From Candidatus Microgenomates bacterium (GTDB lineage Bacteria; Patescibacteriota; JACPGU01): DNA of 64,000 nucleotides. The notes under the pieces are model-generated. The model saw only the letters and a list, made by a program, of their open reading frames with translations. It did no database searches and was not told where the DNA came from. The stretch is taken from positions 158,346-222,345 of the forward strand of contig JACPGU010000002.1 of assembly GCA_016188915.1 (NCBI GenBank), written 5' to 3'. Both the position numbers and the translations under genes were made by a program. The number at the start of each line of letters is the position of its first letter. Position 1 is the first letter of the stretch. Shown one piece after another: positions 10,616 through 20,487 of this stretch.

Positions 10616-11647
10616 CTAGTAGCTATAGACATCAATGATTCTGCCTTCGCGATTGGTAAGATAGGCTGGTTCTCCGTAGCGATTCCAAACAGATTCTTTA
10701 GTATCAAAAGAGAATCTACCGCCATCGGTTTTTATTCTTACGGTATCACCCGCCCCTAAAATATATTCAGAGAAAAGAAAAATATTTTGATCGGTATCGG
10801 AAATAGTCCAAACGGAGATATCTTCTTCTATGCCACCGGTATTTTTTAATTCAATATATTCAGTGCCCGGATCGTTAGAATAATGAACATAGCTGATAAT
10901 AATCTTGGAGGGGTTGGGAGTAGGTTCGGGCACAGGTTCGGGCACGGGTTCGGTTATCGGTTCTGGACTTGGGGTTATTGGTGTCGGAGGTGATTCTTGT
11001 GGCAATTCTTTTTTTTCATCTTCTTTTTTCTCAACGATAATTATCTCCTCGGTTTTTTTCTTGCCATTATCTACGACGATGTTGATTTCGTTAGGGCCTG
11101 GGGCAAGAGGGACAGTGGCCTGAAAATTTCCTTTAAGGTCGGGAGACACGGGCTGTTCTTCTACAACCACTTCATTTTGCGGTTCAGTAGTGCCTTTAAC
11201 TATTATCTCATCGGCAGTAGTGGAAGTATTATTTTGAGGTTCTATTATCGCAAGCGCTGGAGGATCGATGATGTAGTTTATTTTTTGAATAGGACTTTTC
11301 TTTTCTTTATCATTCTCATCTATCCCTATCGCCTGAATGATATTTTCTCCCTCTTCTAGAGTGACGGCAGCCGAGAATTCTCCTTCGTTATTGGCGGTAG
11401 TGGAGCTATTTTTTTCTTTATTTACAAAAATATCCACATCTGACTCTGGCTTAACATTATCACCGCGAATAGTAATGGGATTTTCATGAACGCTGTCTGG
11501 CAAATTTTCTAATTTGGGCTGACCTTTTGAAAGTTCGTTCTGCGAGGTGGAAAAAACAAGTAAAATACTGGCGACAGCAACAATAGTGGCCTTTACCCCG
11601 ATGCCTGTGGAAGATATTTTTTTGGTGTGATGGGCTATTTTTTTCAT
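10616..11647 (-). CDS. Surface protein: Ig-like domains, Pro/Glu linker, lamin-tail domain
   Basis: G.F...V.L.EG.N.I repeats; PEPVPEP linker; EYIELKNTG..DIS.WTISD..VWN..G..AYL. Confidence 0.75.
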   Translation of the reverse strand: MKKIAHHTKKISSTGIGVKATIVAVASILLVFSTSQNELSKGQPKLENLPDSVHENPITIRGDNVKPESDVDIFVNKEKNSSTTANNEGEFSAAVTLEEGENIIQAIGIDENDKEKKSPIQKINYIIDPPALAIIEPQNNTSTTADEIIVKGTTEPQNEVVVEEQPVSPDLKGNFQATVPLAPGPNEINIVVDNGKKKTEEIIIVEKKEDEKKELPQESPPTPITPSPEPITEPVPEPVPEPTPNPSKIIISYVHYSNDPGTEYIELKNTGGIEEDISVWTISDTDQNIFLFSEYILGAGDTVRIKTDGGRFSFDTKESVWNRYGEPAYLTNREGRIIDVYSY

Positions 11648-11723
11648 AAAAAAGGAGGGCAAATTTGCCCTCCTTTTTTATTCTTTACCCTATCCTATCT
11701 TTTCTTCCGATGACAGGCAAGGT

Positions 11724-12803
11724 TTATTTTTCTTCAGCGATCTTTTTTAATTTTTCTAAAAGCTCTTTTTCTTCTCGGGATAGATTTTTAGGAACGGCAA
11801 TAATGATATTAACTAGATGATCGCCATGACCATGCCCGGTAGGGCTTGCTACTCCTTTGCCCCTTAAAACGAAATGCGTGTGCGATTTTGTGCCGGCTGG
11901 AATATTCAAGATAATTGGACCGTGGATTGTTTCTATTTTTATTTTGTCTCCTAGGACTGCTTGAGCGAAAGAGATTTCTTGGTCGGTCATAATGTCAGTC
12001 CCTTCTCTGGTAAATTTTTTGCTCGGCAGGACTTTTATCCTCAAATACAAATCGCCAGAAACATTTTGCCCAGCTTCACCTTTTTCGGCAAGCCTGATGG
12101 TTGAGTCTTCGTCTACTCCGGCCGGTATTTTGACTCTAACATCTTTGTTTTGGCGAGTTTTTCCTTTGCCGTGGCATTTGGAGCATGTGATTTCTGGGAT
12201 TTCTCCGCGTCCTTCGCAGGTATGGCAAATAGTTGTTTGCGCGAAAGAACCCAATATAGTTCGGGTAGTTTTTTGAACTTTGCCAGCCCCTTGGCAAGTA
12301 GAGCATTTTTTTAGTTTCTCTCCTCCTTTGCCACCACAAACAAGACAAAAATCCATAATAGAGTAGGCAATTTCTTTTTCCGCACCGAAAACTGCCTCCT
12401 CAAAAGTTAGCTGGAGTATTATCTCTATATCGCGACCCCTACCCCTGTCTTTTTGCCCTCTTGCTCCGCCAAAGAAAATATCAAACATATCATCTATTCC
12501 GCCAAAGTTTGTATTTTGGCCGAATCCTGAAAAATCAAAACCGCCTTGCGAAAATCCGCTAAATCCTCCTCTTCCAGAAGAGCCAAAATCGGTCGTCCCG
12601 AATTGATCGTATTGAGATCTTTTTTCTTGGTCAGAAAGGACCTGATAAGCTTCGTTGATTTCTTTGAATTTTTCTTCCGCGTTCTTCTCTTTGTTTACGT
12701 CCGGATGATATTTTACCGCCAATTTTTTGAAGGCACGCTTAATATCATCAGCGGAAGCTGATTTTGGAACACCTAGGATTTGATAATAATCTTTGCTGGG
12801 CAC
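11724..12803 (-). CDS. dnaJ: Chaperone DnaJ
   Basis: J domain HPD, G/F region, four CxxCxGxG. Confidence 0.97.
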   Translation of the reverse strand: MPSKDYYQILGVPKSASADDIKRAFKKLAVKYHPDVNKEKNAEEKFKEINEAYQVLSDQEKRSQYDQFGTTDFGSSGRGGFSGFSQGGFDFSGFGQNTNFGGIDDMFDIFFGGARGQKDRGRGRDIEIILQLTFEEAVFGAEKEIAYSIMDFCLVCGGKGGEKLKKCSTCQGAGKVQKTTRTILGSFAQTTICHTCEGRGEIPEITCSKCHGKGKTRQNKDVRVKIPAGVDEDSTIRLAEKGEAGQNVSGDLYLRIKVLPSKKFTREGTDIMTDQEISFAQAVLGDKIKIETIHGPIILNIPAGTKSHTHFVLRGKGVASPTGHGHGDHLVNIIIAVPKNLSREEKELLEKLKKIAEEK

Positions 12804-12894
12804 AAATATTGTTTACTTAATGTATTGAGCATGTATTGGACGAAAAAAGTGGGACTGCCCACTTTTTTCAAAGGAAAATATTTTGTTTATATCT

Positions 12895-13578
12895 TTACAT
12901 TTTTTTACCGCTGTTGGCGTCTATTTCGTAGGAAAAAGCCGCTTCATTGTCAATGACGTATTCTACTTTCCATGAAAGATAGCGATCTTTGAGTGCTGAA
13001 AGCAGGATATTGGCATCATAAGATTTGCCCATAGAACGAATCTTGTCTCCGCCAGCCTTGTCCGCTTCTTTGAGGGCGTCTAGATATGACAATTTCATGT
13101 ATTTTAGCGGGACAGCGACAGTGGCCGGATCTAGAAAATAATCTTCTTTGTAATAAATAGCTCGACGATAGTTGCTATCTCCCTCGGTATTTTTGTCTTG
13201 GTCAATTTCTATGGTCCAATAATATTCAGCCATAGAGGGAGACAGAAAGACATATGTATTGGAACCAAGGGCGGTTTTGATACTGCCTTTATAGCGGATG
13301 AGCTTGGCTATCAGAACAGAATCGTCACGCCATTCTCTCGCTTTCGTAAAAGCATAATCAAATTCCTGATTGACCTGTTCTGATAAAGTAGCGATTTCTT
13401 CATCGGATAGAGGATAGGCATTATTGTTTTGGATAGCATTTTGATCAGAACCTGCATTTTCTTTGCTACTTGAAGAGTAAGACTGACCTTTATTGGTGAA
13501 AAAAAATCTTTGACCAAAAATCAAGCCACCCGCCAAAACAATCAAAACTGCCGATATGACAAGAATTTTTTTATTCAT
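12895..13578 (-). CDS. Membrane-anchored hypothetical protein with PepSY-like C-terminus
   Basis: N-terminal TM; ends W.VEY...YEIDANSGK. Confidence 0.6.
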   Translation of the reverse strand: MNKKILVISAVLIVLAGGLIFGQRFFFTNKGQSYSSSSKENAGSDQNAIQNNNAYPLSDEEIATLSEQVNQEFDYAFTKAREWRDDSVLIAKLIRYKGSIKTALGSNTYVFLSPSMAEYYWTIEIDQDKNTEGDSNYRRAIYYKEDYFLDPATVAVPLKYMKLSYLDALKEADKAGGDKIRSMGKSYDANILLSALKDRYLSWKVEYVIDNEAAFSYEIDANSGKKM

Positions 13579-13730
13579 ATTTTTGTTTTAGTTTTGAAGA
13601 CTATTTTTTTCATTGTAGTCTTTCTGTTTGAAAGGTGCAACACTAAAGTTTTTTTTAAAAACTTTGGAAAACATAAAATATCAACTTTCAATCTCCGATC
13701 TGAAATCTGCAATTTGCAATTTGCAATTCG

Positions 13731-15644
13731 TTACTTTCCTTCCTGATATTCTCCCTCTACTGTCTCATCCTTTTGTTGTTCGGTTGCTGAGTTCTTCTGT
13801 TCTTCCGCTTCCGTCTCCCCTTGTTCATTGTTCTTTGCTCCTTGGTCCTTGTAGATAGCTTCCCCAATCTTTTGACTCGCCGTCATCAGCTCTTCAGTTT
13901 GCTTTTTGATTGTCTCAAGGTCTTCACTCTTCATTGTTTCTTTCAAGACCGTGATTTTTTCTTCAACTTCTTTTACCACTGTTTCGTCTAGTTTCTCTTT
14001 GTTGTCGCGAATCGCTTTTTCGGTGGAATAAATCAATGTTTCTGCCATATTCTTGGCTTCAACATTTTCTTTCTTTTTCTTGTCTTCTTCGGCGTGCAGT
14101 TCGGCTTCTTTAGCCATTTTTTCCACTTCTTCTTTGGAGAGACCGGAAGAGCCGGTAATAGTGATTTTTTGCTCCTTGTTGGTCCCTTTGTCCACTGCCT
14201 TGACATTCAAAATACCGTTAGCGTCAATGTCAAAAGATACTTCTACTTGTGGCACACCTCGAGGCGCCGGCGCGATGCCATCTAAAATAAATCGGCCGAG
14301 CGTTTTGTTATCAGTTGCCATTTCTCTTTCACCTTGGAGAATATGAATTTCAACCGATGGCTGATTGTCCGCCGCGGTGGAGAATACTTGCGTTTTGCTG
14401 GTCGGCACGGTGGTATTTCTTTCAATCAATTTCGTGGAAATCCCGCCCATCGTCTCAATGCCCAGCGACAAAGGAGTCACATCCAAGAGCAGGACATCTT
14501 TGACATCGCCACCCAAGACACCACCCTGGATAGCGGCGCCGATGGCGACTACTTCATCGGGGTTAACACCCTGATGCGGATCTTTGCCAAAAAACTTTTT
14601 GACTGCTTCTACGACCAAGGGCATTCTCGTCATACCGCCGACCAAGATTACTTCGTCTATCTCGGAGGTCTTCAGCCCCGCGTCTTTGAGCGCGTTCTCG
14701 CACGGCTTCAAAGTCATCTCTACCAGTTCGCCGACTATTTTTTCTAGTTGGGCCCTTGTAAATTTGATGTTCAAATGTTTCGGACCAGCGCTATCGGCTG
14801 TAATGAAGGGGATATTGATATCCGTTTCCATACTGGAAGACAGCTCATGCTTGGCCTTTTCCGCGCCTTCCTTCAATCTTTGCAGAGCCATTTTGTCGCT
14901 CGTGAGATCTATCCCCTCTGTTTTTTTGAATTCAGCAATCAGCCAGTCAATTATTTTTTGGTCGAAGTCGTCGCCACCGAGATGCGTATTGCCGTTGGTG
15001 GATTTCACTTCAAAAACTCCGTCTCCCAGCTCCAAAATAGAAATATCAAAAGTTCCACCTCCGAGGTCGTAGACGGCAACTTTTTCGTTCTTTTTCTTGT
15101 CCAAGCCGTAGGCCAGCGCCGCCGCGGTCGGTTCGTTGATGATTCTTTTGACATCCAAGCCCGCTATTTTACCCGCATCCTTAGTGGCTTGTCTTTGCGC
15201 GTCGTTGAAATAGGCCGGTACGGTGATAACGGCTTCTGTTACCTTTTCGCCGAGGAAGGACTCCGCGTCGGCTTTCAGTTTGCTCAAAACCATGGCCGAG
15301 ATTTCAGGAGCGGAATAGCTTTTGTCGCCCATTTTCACCATCACATGGTCGTCTTTACCCTTTTCTATATGGTAGGGCATGGTTTTGATGTCTTTCTGTG
15401 TTTCTTTATCAGAATACGAACGACCGATAAATCTTTTTACTGAAAAAACGGTGTTGTCGGAATTGGTGACCGCTTGTCTTTTGGCGATCTGCCCAACCAG
15501 TCGTTCACCAGTCTTCGTTGTCGCCACGATAGAGGGAGTCGTCCTATTCCCCTCCGCATTCGTTATAATCTCCGCCTTCCCACCCCTCATCACCGCAACC
15601 GCGGAGTTAGTTGTGCCTAAATAGATACCTATGATTTTTGACAT
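13731..15644 (-). CDS. dnaK: Chaperone DnaK (Hsp70)
   Basis: [31 protein letters not shown]; note GIYLG instead of GIDLG. Confidence 0.98.
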   Translation of the reverse strand: MSKIIGIYLGTTNSAVAVMRGGKAEIITNAEGNRTTPSIVATTKTGERLVGQIAKRQAVTNSDNTVFSVKRFIGRSYSDKETQKDIKTMPYHIEKGKDDHVMVKMGDKSYSAPEISAMVLSKLKADAESFLGEKVTEAVITVPAYFNDAQRQATKDAGKIAGLDVKRIINEPTAAALAYGLDKKKNEKVAVYDLGGGTFDISILELGDGVFEVKSTNGNTHLGGDDFDQKIIDWLIAEFKKTEGIDLTSDKMALQRLKEGAEKAKHELSSSMETDINIPFITADSAGPKHLNIKFTRAQLEKIVGELVEMTLKPCENALKDAGLKTSEIDEVILVGGMTRMPLVVEAVKKFFGKDPHQGVNPDEVVAIGAAIQGGVLGGDVKDVLLLDVTPLSLGIETMGGISTKLIERNTTVPTSKTQVFSTAADNQPSVEIHILQGEREMATDNKTLGRFILDGIAPAPRGVPQVEVSFDIDANGILNVKAVDKGTNKEQKITITGSSGLSKEEVEKMAKEAELHAEEDKKKKENVEAKNMAETLIYSTEKAIRDNKEKLDETVVKEVEEKITVLKETMKSEDLETIKKQTEELMTASQKIGEAIYKDQGAKNNEQGETEAEEQKNSATEQQKDETVEGEYQEGK

Positions 15645-15715
15645 ATATGCTCCTTTCTTTTAATTAGATATTGTTATTGAATTAGTTTAATATTTTGCTT
15701 AAATAAGGTATTTAC

Positions 15716-15743
15716 TTGACAAATAATACTATTGCTGTATAAT
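15716..15743 (+). promoter_or_regulatory. Consensus sigma70 promoter, antisense to the dnaK operon
   Basis: TTGACA-16 nt-TATAAT. Confidence 0.7.
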
Positions 15744-15916
15744 GTCATTACCTAAAGACGAAGTCTTAATATTTTGCCTAACCCAGTTTCGTCCAGGATT
15801 AGGATGGGGAAGTTTCGCATTATTTGGAGCTGTAATCGCGTCGGTATTCGACCTTTTCATGTGGTTTGTTATCTTAGCCGACAGGAAGGGTAAAAAAGAA
15901 GGAGGCAAAAAGCGCA

Positions 15917-16030
15917 ATGAAAAACTCTGATCAGTTCCTTGTAGATTTGATAGGCAGGAATATTTTCGCCACAGGATTCTTGGTTCTTGGCCTCATCTTG
16001 CTTGCCTTGACGGCCTGCGGATATCTCTGA
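15917..16030 (+). CDS. 37-aa hydrophobic peptide (candidate type I toxin-like small membrane protein)
   Basis: AAGGAGG at 15899-15905; MKNSDQFLVDLIGRNIFATGFLVLGLILLALTACGYL; own promoter and terminator. Confidence 0.6.
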   Translation: MKNSDQFLVDLIGRNIFATGFLVLGLILLALTACGYL

Positions 16031-16062
16031 ATCTTCTGGTCGAAACATCTCTTGTTCTCCTG

Positions 16063-16099
16063 TTGGCTCCATGCTCTGCGTGGAGCCAATTTGTTTTTT
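16063..16099 (+). terminator. Intrinsic terminator
   Basis: TTGGCTCCATGC-tct-GCGTGGAGCCAA hairpin followed by T-rich tract. Confidence 0.75.
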
Positions 16100-16102
16100 A
16101 TC

Positions 16103-16220
16103 TGTCATCCTCGAGCTCATGTTCGGTAATCCGAGCAGGAAATCGAGGATCCAGTACATTCGAAATATAATAATATTCTATTCTTGTTGTTCTGGATTCC
16201 GCATCAAGTGCGGAATGACA
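16103..16220. repeat. Miniature palindromic element (dRS3/RPE-like)
   Basis: TGTCATCCTCGA..GAGGATCCAG ... CTGGATTCCGCATCAAGTGCGGAATGACA terminal inverted arms. Confidence 0.6.
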
Positions 16221-16356
16221 ATTTTGCTTATCAACTTACTTGCTTATTGGCTTTTTCAACTGTCGACAAATTGTCGGCAGTTGATTTTTTTAACAATATA
16301 GCAGTGTAGCAATATAACCCTCCGCTCGCTTTTTAATTTCTTAATTTTTTATTTTC

Positions 16357-16836
16357 TTAGTTTCTTTTCTTCGCCACTTTCACCCTCGGATACTTCACCA
16401 CTCTTTCGCCGATTCGGTAGCCGGGTTCGAATTCCTCCAAAATCATTCCCTCCTCTCCCTCCGACTCTTCTTCCAGTAACGCTTCGTGGAGATTAGGGTC
16501 AAATTTCTGTCCAACCGTGATCATTTTTTCTAATCCTTCTTTTTTCAACAATTCATCCAGCTGGATTTTGATGGCGACAATGCCTTTTGTCCACTCGCTT
16601 TCTTTTTGCTCGGTCGGAATAGCGCCAATCGCTTTTTCAAAATTGGCGACAATCGGCAACATTCCGCTGACGGAATTGACTTTCAAAAACTGCACGACCA
16701 TTTCTTTTTCCTTTCCCACCTGTTTCTTGTAATTATCCAGATCCGCCATAGCGCGTTTCCAGCCATTCAAATACTCTTCCTTTTCGGCGACAATTTGTTC
16801 AATTTCCGTAGGCTTTTTTGGTTTAGGCATTTTCAT
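16357..16836 (-). CDS. grpE: Nucleotide exchange factor GrpE
   Basis: RAMADLDNYKK, GQKFDPNLHEAL, GY..GERVV. Confidence 0.95.
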   Translation of the reverse strand: MKMPKPKKPTEIEQIVAEKEEYLNGWKRAMADLDNYKKQVGKEKEMVVQFLKVNSVSGMLPIVANFEKAIGAIPTEQKESEWTKGIVAIKIQLDELLKKEGLEKMITVGQKFDPNLHEALLEEESEGEEGMILEEFEPGYRIGERVVKYPRVKVAKKRN

Positions 16837-16954
16837 AATTTTTAATTTTGTAATTTTTAATTTTGTAAATAAATCCTAATTTCTAAATTTTTAAAAATTA
16901 AGACATTGAGACATTATTTCAAAAATTAAAAATTCAAAAATTGTAAAAATTAAA

Positions 16955-17641
16955 CTATTCCAACATCCTCTTTCTCTGCAAAACTCCCGCTAATTTTTCC
17001 AAATAAGGGATAATCACTTGATATGGCATTCTCGTTGGTCCGACAACTCCCAAGACACAAGGTTGCGTGCCAAAGAGGAAACAGACGGCGACAGTGGAAA
17101 AATCTTGCGCGCCTTGGTAGGCATTCTCTCTGCCGACATAAACTCTGGCTTTTCCTAATCCGTCAAATTCCAATACTTGCACGAAATCCGGTAGATTGTC
17201 TATCAGGCGGGCGAAACGCACCGCGATCTCTTGCTCGGCAAATTCTTTTTTGCTCAAAGTTTCGGCCAGCCCCCAGGCGCGCAGGATGGTCGGCGTCACG
17301 CAAAAGGCGGTGTTATTTCCCGAAGCAACGGAAACCAGCTTTAAAATCTTGTCCAGTCCTCTTTTTTCCGCGAATTCTTTCAAGTCCTCTGCTTCCGGGA
17401 ATTTTTTGGTTGAAGTCAGATGGTCAATGTAGGCGCGATAACCTTTTTCAGTCGGGATTCTGCCCGCGGAAGTGTGCGGTTGACAGATCAGACCTTCTTT
17501 TTCGAGACGACTCATCTCACCCCTGATAGTCGCCGGCGAAAAGCCCAAAAATCCCGCCATCACCCTTGACCCCACCGGATCGGAGGTAGTGATGAATTCT
17601 TCCACGATAGATTGTAGTATATTGTCTTTCCGGGATGACAT
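16955..17641 (-). CDS. hrcA: Heat-inducible repressor HrcA (short form)
   Basis: PVGS..SPATIR.EM..LE..G...QPHTSAGRIPTEKGYR; GVVGPTRMPY. Confidence 0.92.
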   Translation of the reverse strand: MSSRKDNILQSIVEEFITTSDPVGSRVMAGFLGFSPATIRGEMSRLEKEGLICQPHTSAGRIPTEKGYRAYIDHLTSTKKFPEAEDLKEFAEKRGLDKILKLVSVASGNNTAFCVTPTILRAWGLAETLSKKEFAEQEIAVRFARLIDNLPDFVQVLEFDGLGKARVYVGRENAYQGAQDFSTVAVCFLFGTQPCVLGVVGPTRMPYQVIIPYLEKLAGVLQRKRMLE

Positions 17642-17650
17642 GGTTTTTGC

Positions 17651-17828
17651 AATTTCTAATTAACCTAATTGCTCTAATTTCTCCCGCCACCATATTGCAG
17701 ATTATCAATGTAGGCGGGATCCCGCTATAAGCGGTGGTAAAAAATAACTAATGAGCCAATGCCTAAAATTGGGATTTTGTGTTTGGTTTTTTTAGGTCAA
17801 TTAGATCAATTAGAAATTAGGTCAATTT
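17651..17828. repeat. Periodic palindromic element, copy 1
   Basis: Left arm AATTTCTAATTAACCTAATTGCTCTAATT, right arm AATTAGATCAATTAGAAATTAG; near-identical arms at 28449-28578. Confidence 0.7.
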
Positions 17829-17833
17829 GCTAT

Positions 17834-17860
17834 CTGGCACTCTCCTATACCGAGTGCTAA
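17834..17860 (-). promoter_or_regulatory. CIRCE operator (HrcA binding site)
   Basis: Minus strand TTAGCACTC-N9-GAGTGCCAG, just downstream of a TTGACG..TACAAT promoter (17868-17895) facing hrcA. Confidence 0.9.
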
Positions 17861-18005
17861 TATGTACATTGTACCCAAAATAAAAAACCCGTCAAGAGAT
17901 TTTTATGTACTTTACTTTATCGCTTAGTTATGCTATAATTTGAATAGTTCATATGAAGGTGTCAAGAAGTCCTTTTACAAAATAAACCTCAAAGGAGAGT
18001 CCGTC

Positions 18006-19841
18006 ATGAAGCGACTCGCTGCCGTTTTCTTGTTGTTCGCGTCGATATTTCAGGTAAGTATAATTGAAAGGCCGGCGTGGATTTTGTGGGGGAATCCGGA
18101 AGGGATCGAGTTTGACCCGAGCTTCAATGTCTACATCAACCACAACACCAGATCGGAAATGTGGCGCCATCAAGAAGCCGACCCAGAAAAAAGGGCGGAA
18201 CTTCTTGCTCCGGAACACATTCCCGTGAAAAAGACAGTAAAGATAGGGCTTAAAAAGCTCGTCTTTATCAATCAGGAGCGGTACATTTTCTTGGCGCTTG
18301 GAGCAAGTCAAGTGCTCGATAAGCGTCGGTTCGTTCTCATTAATGTTGAGCAGACGCTCAACGAGAGGTTGGGCGCTGACGACAAACAGTATCGCGTTTG
18401 GCCTCATCTCGGTCTTATCTCTGTCGGCACTGTTGCGTATGAAGAGGGCTGGGAAGTGGTTTTGTGGGATGAATTGGTCGCGGGGTACGCGCCGATAGAG
18501 GAGTTGATTCATCGGGGCGATATTTTGGGGTTAAGTCTTGTTGCCACGGGGATTGAGCGCGGGATAGACATGGCTCATAGGGCAAAGAGCTTGGGAGCGC
18601 GCTATATCATTGCCGGCAACGATTCGGCGATATTCCGAGCTAACCAAATCCTTTCTCTGCCGGGAAAGCCAATTGATGCGGTTTTTACCTCTAACGATAT
18701 TGCCGCCATCAGAGGATTCTTTCGGCAGATAGATACTGCTGGTTTTGACCATATCAATATCCCTGGTGTTCAGACGATGCCCGGACAATTGGTGCGTTCA
18801 AACGAGCGAAAATATCTACTTCGCGAGTTATTGGAGCGCAAACAGGCGAGAACCAAGGCCGATGTGTTTATCGTCCCGAGGATTGAACTCTATCCTCATT
18901 GGAGCGAAGTGTGGGCGAACTATCGGAAAACATTTGGCCACAAACACAGCAATCCCAATACGGTCAAAAACGCAATCTCGCTTCTTGCTCAGGGGTGTAC
19001 GCGAACTCGTGGCACGGATGTTTGCAGTTATTGCAGTATTGCCGATGTGGCCGACATCAACATGCCATCTCGAGATTACTTGGCGCATACCTTTGAGGCC
19101 TACGAGAGCTTCGGGGTCGATATGGTCTACAATGCCACCGACAGTATTTACGAAATGCGATCGGTCGCACGCGTCCTGCAAGAGCTGGGAATATCATGGC
19201 CGGCGATGACGATCTACGGGCGATCCCAGGGTGTTGCGCAAAACCCTCGTTTACTGGAAGAGTGGCAGAAGATCGCCACCGAGAGATTGCTTGTCAATAT
19301 CGGCATGGATTCTGGAAATGAACAGATTTTGCAACGAGGAGTTACCAAGTCATCCACGATCCATGGCTCGCGTCTTGAAGAAAACAGACAAGCAGTGAGA
19401 TCTATCCGCAAGGCCGGCGCGCACCTACATTATTCTTTAATTTTCGGATCTCCCGGCGAAACGCGAAAGACCTGCGAAGAGAGCATCGTTTTTCTCGAGT
19501 GGACAACGGAGGAACTTGGCGACCAGCTGGATATTTGTGAAACAGATATCTATTGGTTGACATACGGCGCTCCCGTCGCGCGCATTTTCAGTGACTATGG
19601 CTACGCGCAAGAGCTCTCCGCTATTGCTCGGAAGACCATTTCTCGCGACGAATGGGGGAGGGGATTTGCAACCCACGCGGACAAACTGGTTGTCCCACGG
19701 CAAGTCGAAGAGGCGTGGTATCGACATTTTACCGATATCGACCTCGATGTCGCTAACGAATTTAACGATCGGGCCGCGACTATCATGGAGCGCCATACTG
19801 GCAGTATTCGTGGTAGGGCGTTTCGTCCTGATTCTACGTGA
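18006..19841 (+). CDS. Radical SAM protein (B12-binding-like N-domain), possibly fused to an unrelated N-terminal segment
   Basis: PHLGLISVG, GC-x8-CSYC, IGMDSGNEQIL, LIFGSPGET; AAGGAG before ATG 18006; alternative GGAG+GTG start at 18312. Confidence 0.75.
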   Translation: MKRLAAVFLLFASIFQVSIIERPAWILWGNPEGIEFDPSFNVYINHNTRSEMWRHQEADPEKRAELLAPEHIPVKKTVKIGLKKLVFINQERYIFLALGASQVLDKRRFVLINVEQTLNERLGADDKQYRVWPHLGLISVGTVAYEEGWEVVLWDELVAGYAPIEELIHRGDILGLSLVATGIERGIDMAHRAKSLGARYIIAGNDSAIFRANQILSLPGKPIDAVFTSNDIAAIRGFFRQIDTAGFDHINIPGVQTMPGQLVRSNERKYLLRELLERKQARTKADVFIVPRIELYPHWSEVWANYRKTFGHKHSNPNTVKNAISLLAQGCTRTRGTDVCSYCSIADVADINMPSRDYLAHTFEAYESFGVDMVYNATDSIYEMRSVARVLQELGISWPAMTIYGRSQGVAQNPRLLEEWQKIATERLLVNIGMDSGNEQILQRGVTKSSTIHGSRLEENRQAVRSIRKAGAHLHYSLIFGSPGETRKTCEESIVFLEWTTEELGDQLDICETDIYWLTYGAPVARIFSDYGYAQELSAIARKTISRDEWGRGFATHADKLVVPRQVEEAWYRHFTDIDLDVANEFNDRAATIMERHTGSIRGRAFRPDST

Positions 19842-19915
19842 ATCATCAAATGGCGGTCTTCCCGCTAGCCCCGGCCCTTGTGGTCGGGTTTTTGTTTTTG
19901 CAAGTTAATTTACAT

Positions 19916-20155
19916 TTACAGCTTTTTGTACACTTTGCCACGAAATTCAATATAAACAGGAATACCACGCTCGTCTTTTTTACTAAAAATTATCCTGATT
20001 TTACCAGATCGGATACGCCAAAGGTCTTTTTGCCCAGCTAATTTTTCCAGGTCATAACTGCCAATATGAAGAGTGGCGATATCAGTCAAAATTTGCGCTA
20101 TCTTGAGAGCAGTTTTCTTATCGAGCTTTTTTAAGAATTTTTCGATCTGGTCCAT
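19916..20155 (-). CDS. RelE/ParE family toxin
   Basis: KFLKKLD..KLAGQKDLWRIRSGKIRIIF. Confidence 0.85.
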   Translation of the reverse strand: MDQIEKFLKKLDKKTALKIAQILTDIATLHIGSYDLEKLAGQKDLWRIRSGKIRIIFSKKDERGIPVYIEFRGKVYKKL

Positions 20156-20387
20156 GGAGGGCTTTGATTTTGGTAAGAATTTTTTCTACGGGTAATCCTT
20201 TTTCGCAATAAAGGCCGAAGCCATCTTTATTCTCAAAATAAACCACCTCCTCTTTTTTTAAAGGTTTGATGAGCAGACCTTCTTCAGTTTCTTCAGCGAG
20301 AAAGTGTTTAGTAGCCACTTTATCCCGCCACGTCTTCGGCAGAGTTACTTGCCCAGTGTTAAAAACCTTCAAAGTAAATGTTTCCAT
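20118..20387 (-). CDS. AbrB/MazE-type antitoxin
   Basis: KVFNTGQVTLPK..R..EEGLLIKP; overlaps the toxin start. Confidence 0.8.
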   Translation of the reverse strand: METFTLKVFNTGQVTLPKTWRDKVATKHFLAEETEEGLLIKPLKKEEVVYFENKDGFGLYCEKGLPVEKILTKIKALHGPDRKILKKAR

Positions 20388-20487
20388 AGATTTTACCTCA
20401 TTCTCTAATTTAGTCAATATAGCTATAATTATGTCTATAATTCTACACACAAGAAAACATGAAGTCAAGAAAAATTTTCGTGCCTAA

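Noticed and set aside
10905-11000. Tandem repeats in the lamin-tail protein gene
   Set aside because: Codon-phase PEPV/PEPT linker, ordinary for surface proteins
14053-15624. Long plus-strand ORFs (up to 231 aa) opposite dnaK
   Set aside because: Antisense shadows of a conserved gene, with no RBS or motifs; the same applies to shadows of groEL, pnp, recA and hppA
15742-15930. 62-aa ORF from the ORF track
   Set aside because: Its ATG overlaps the -10 box so it cannot be on that transcript; the RBS-led 37-aa ORF at 15917 is better supported
15869-16159. 96-aa minus-strand ORF between grpE and dnaK
   Set aside because: Runs through a palindromic repeat and a terminator; no motif or RBS
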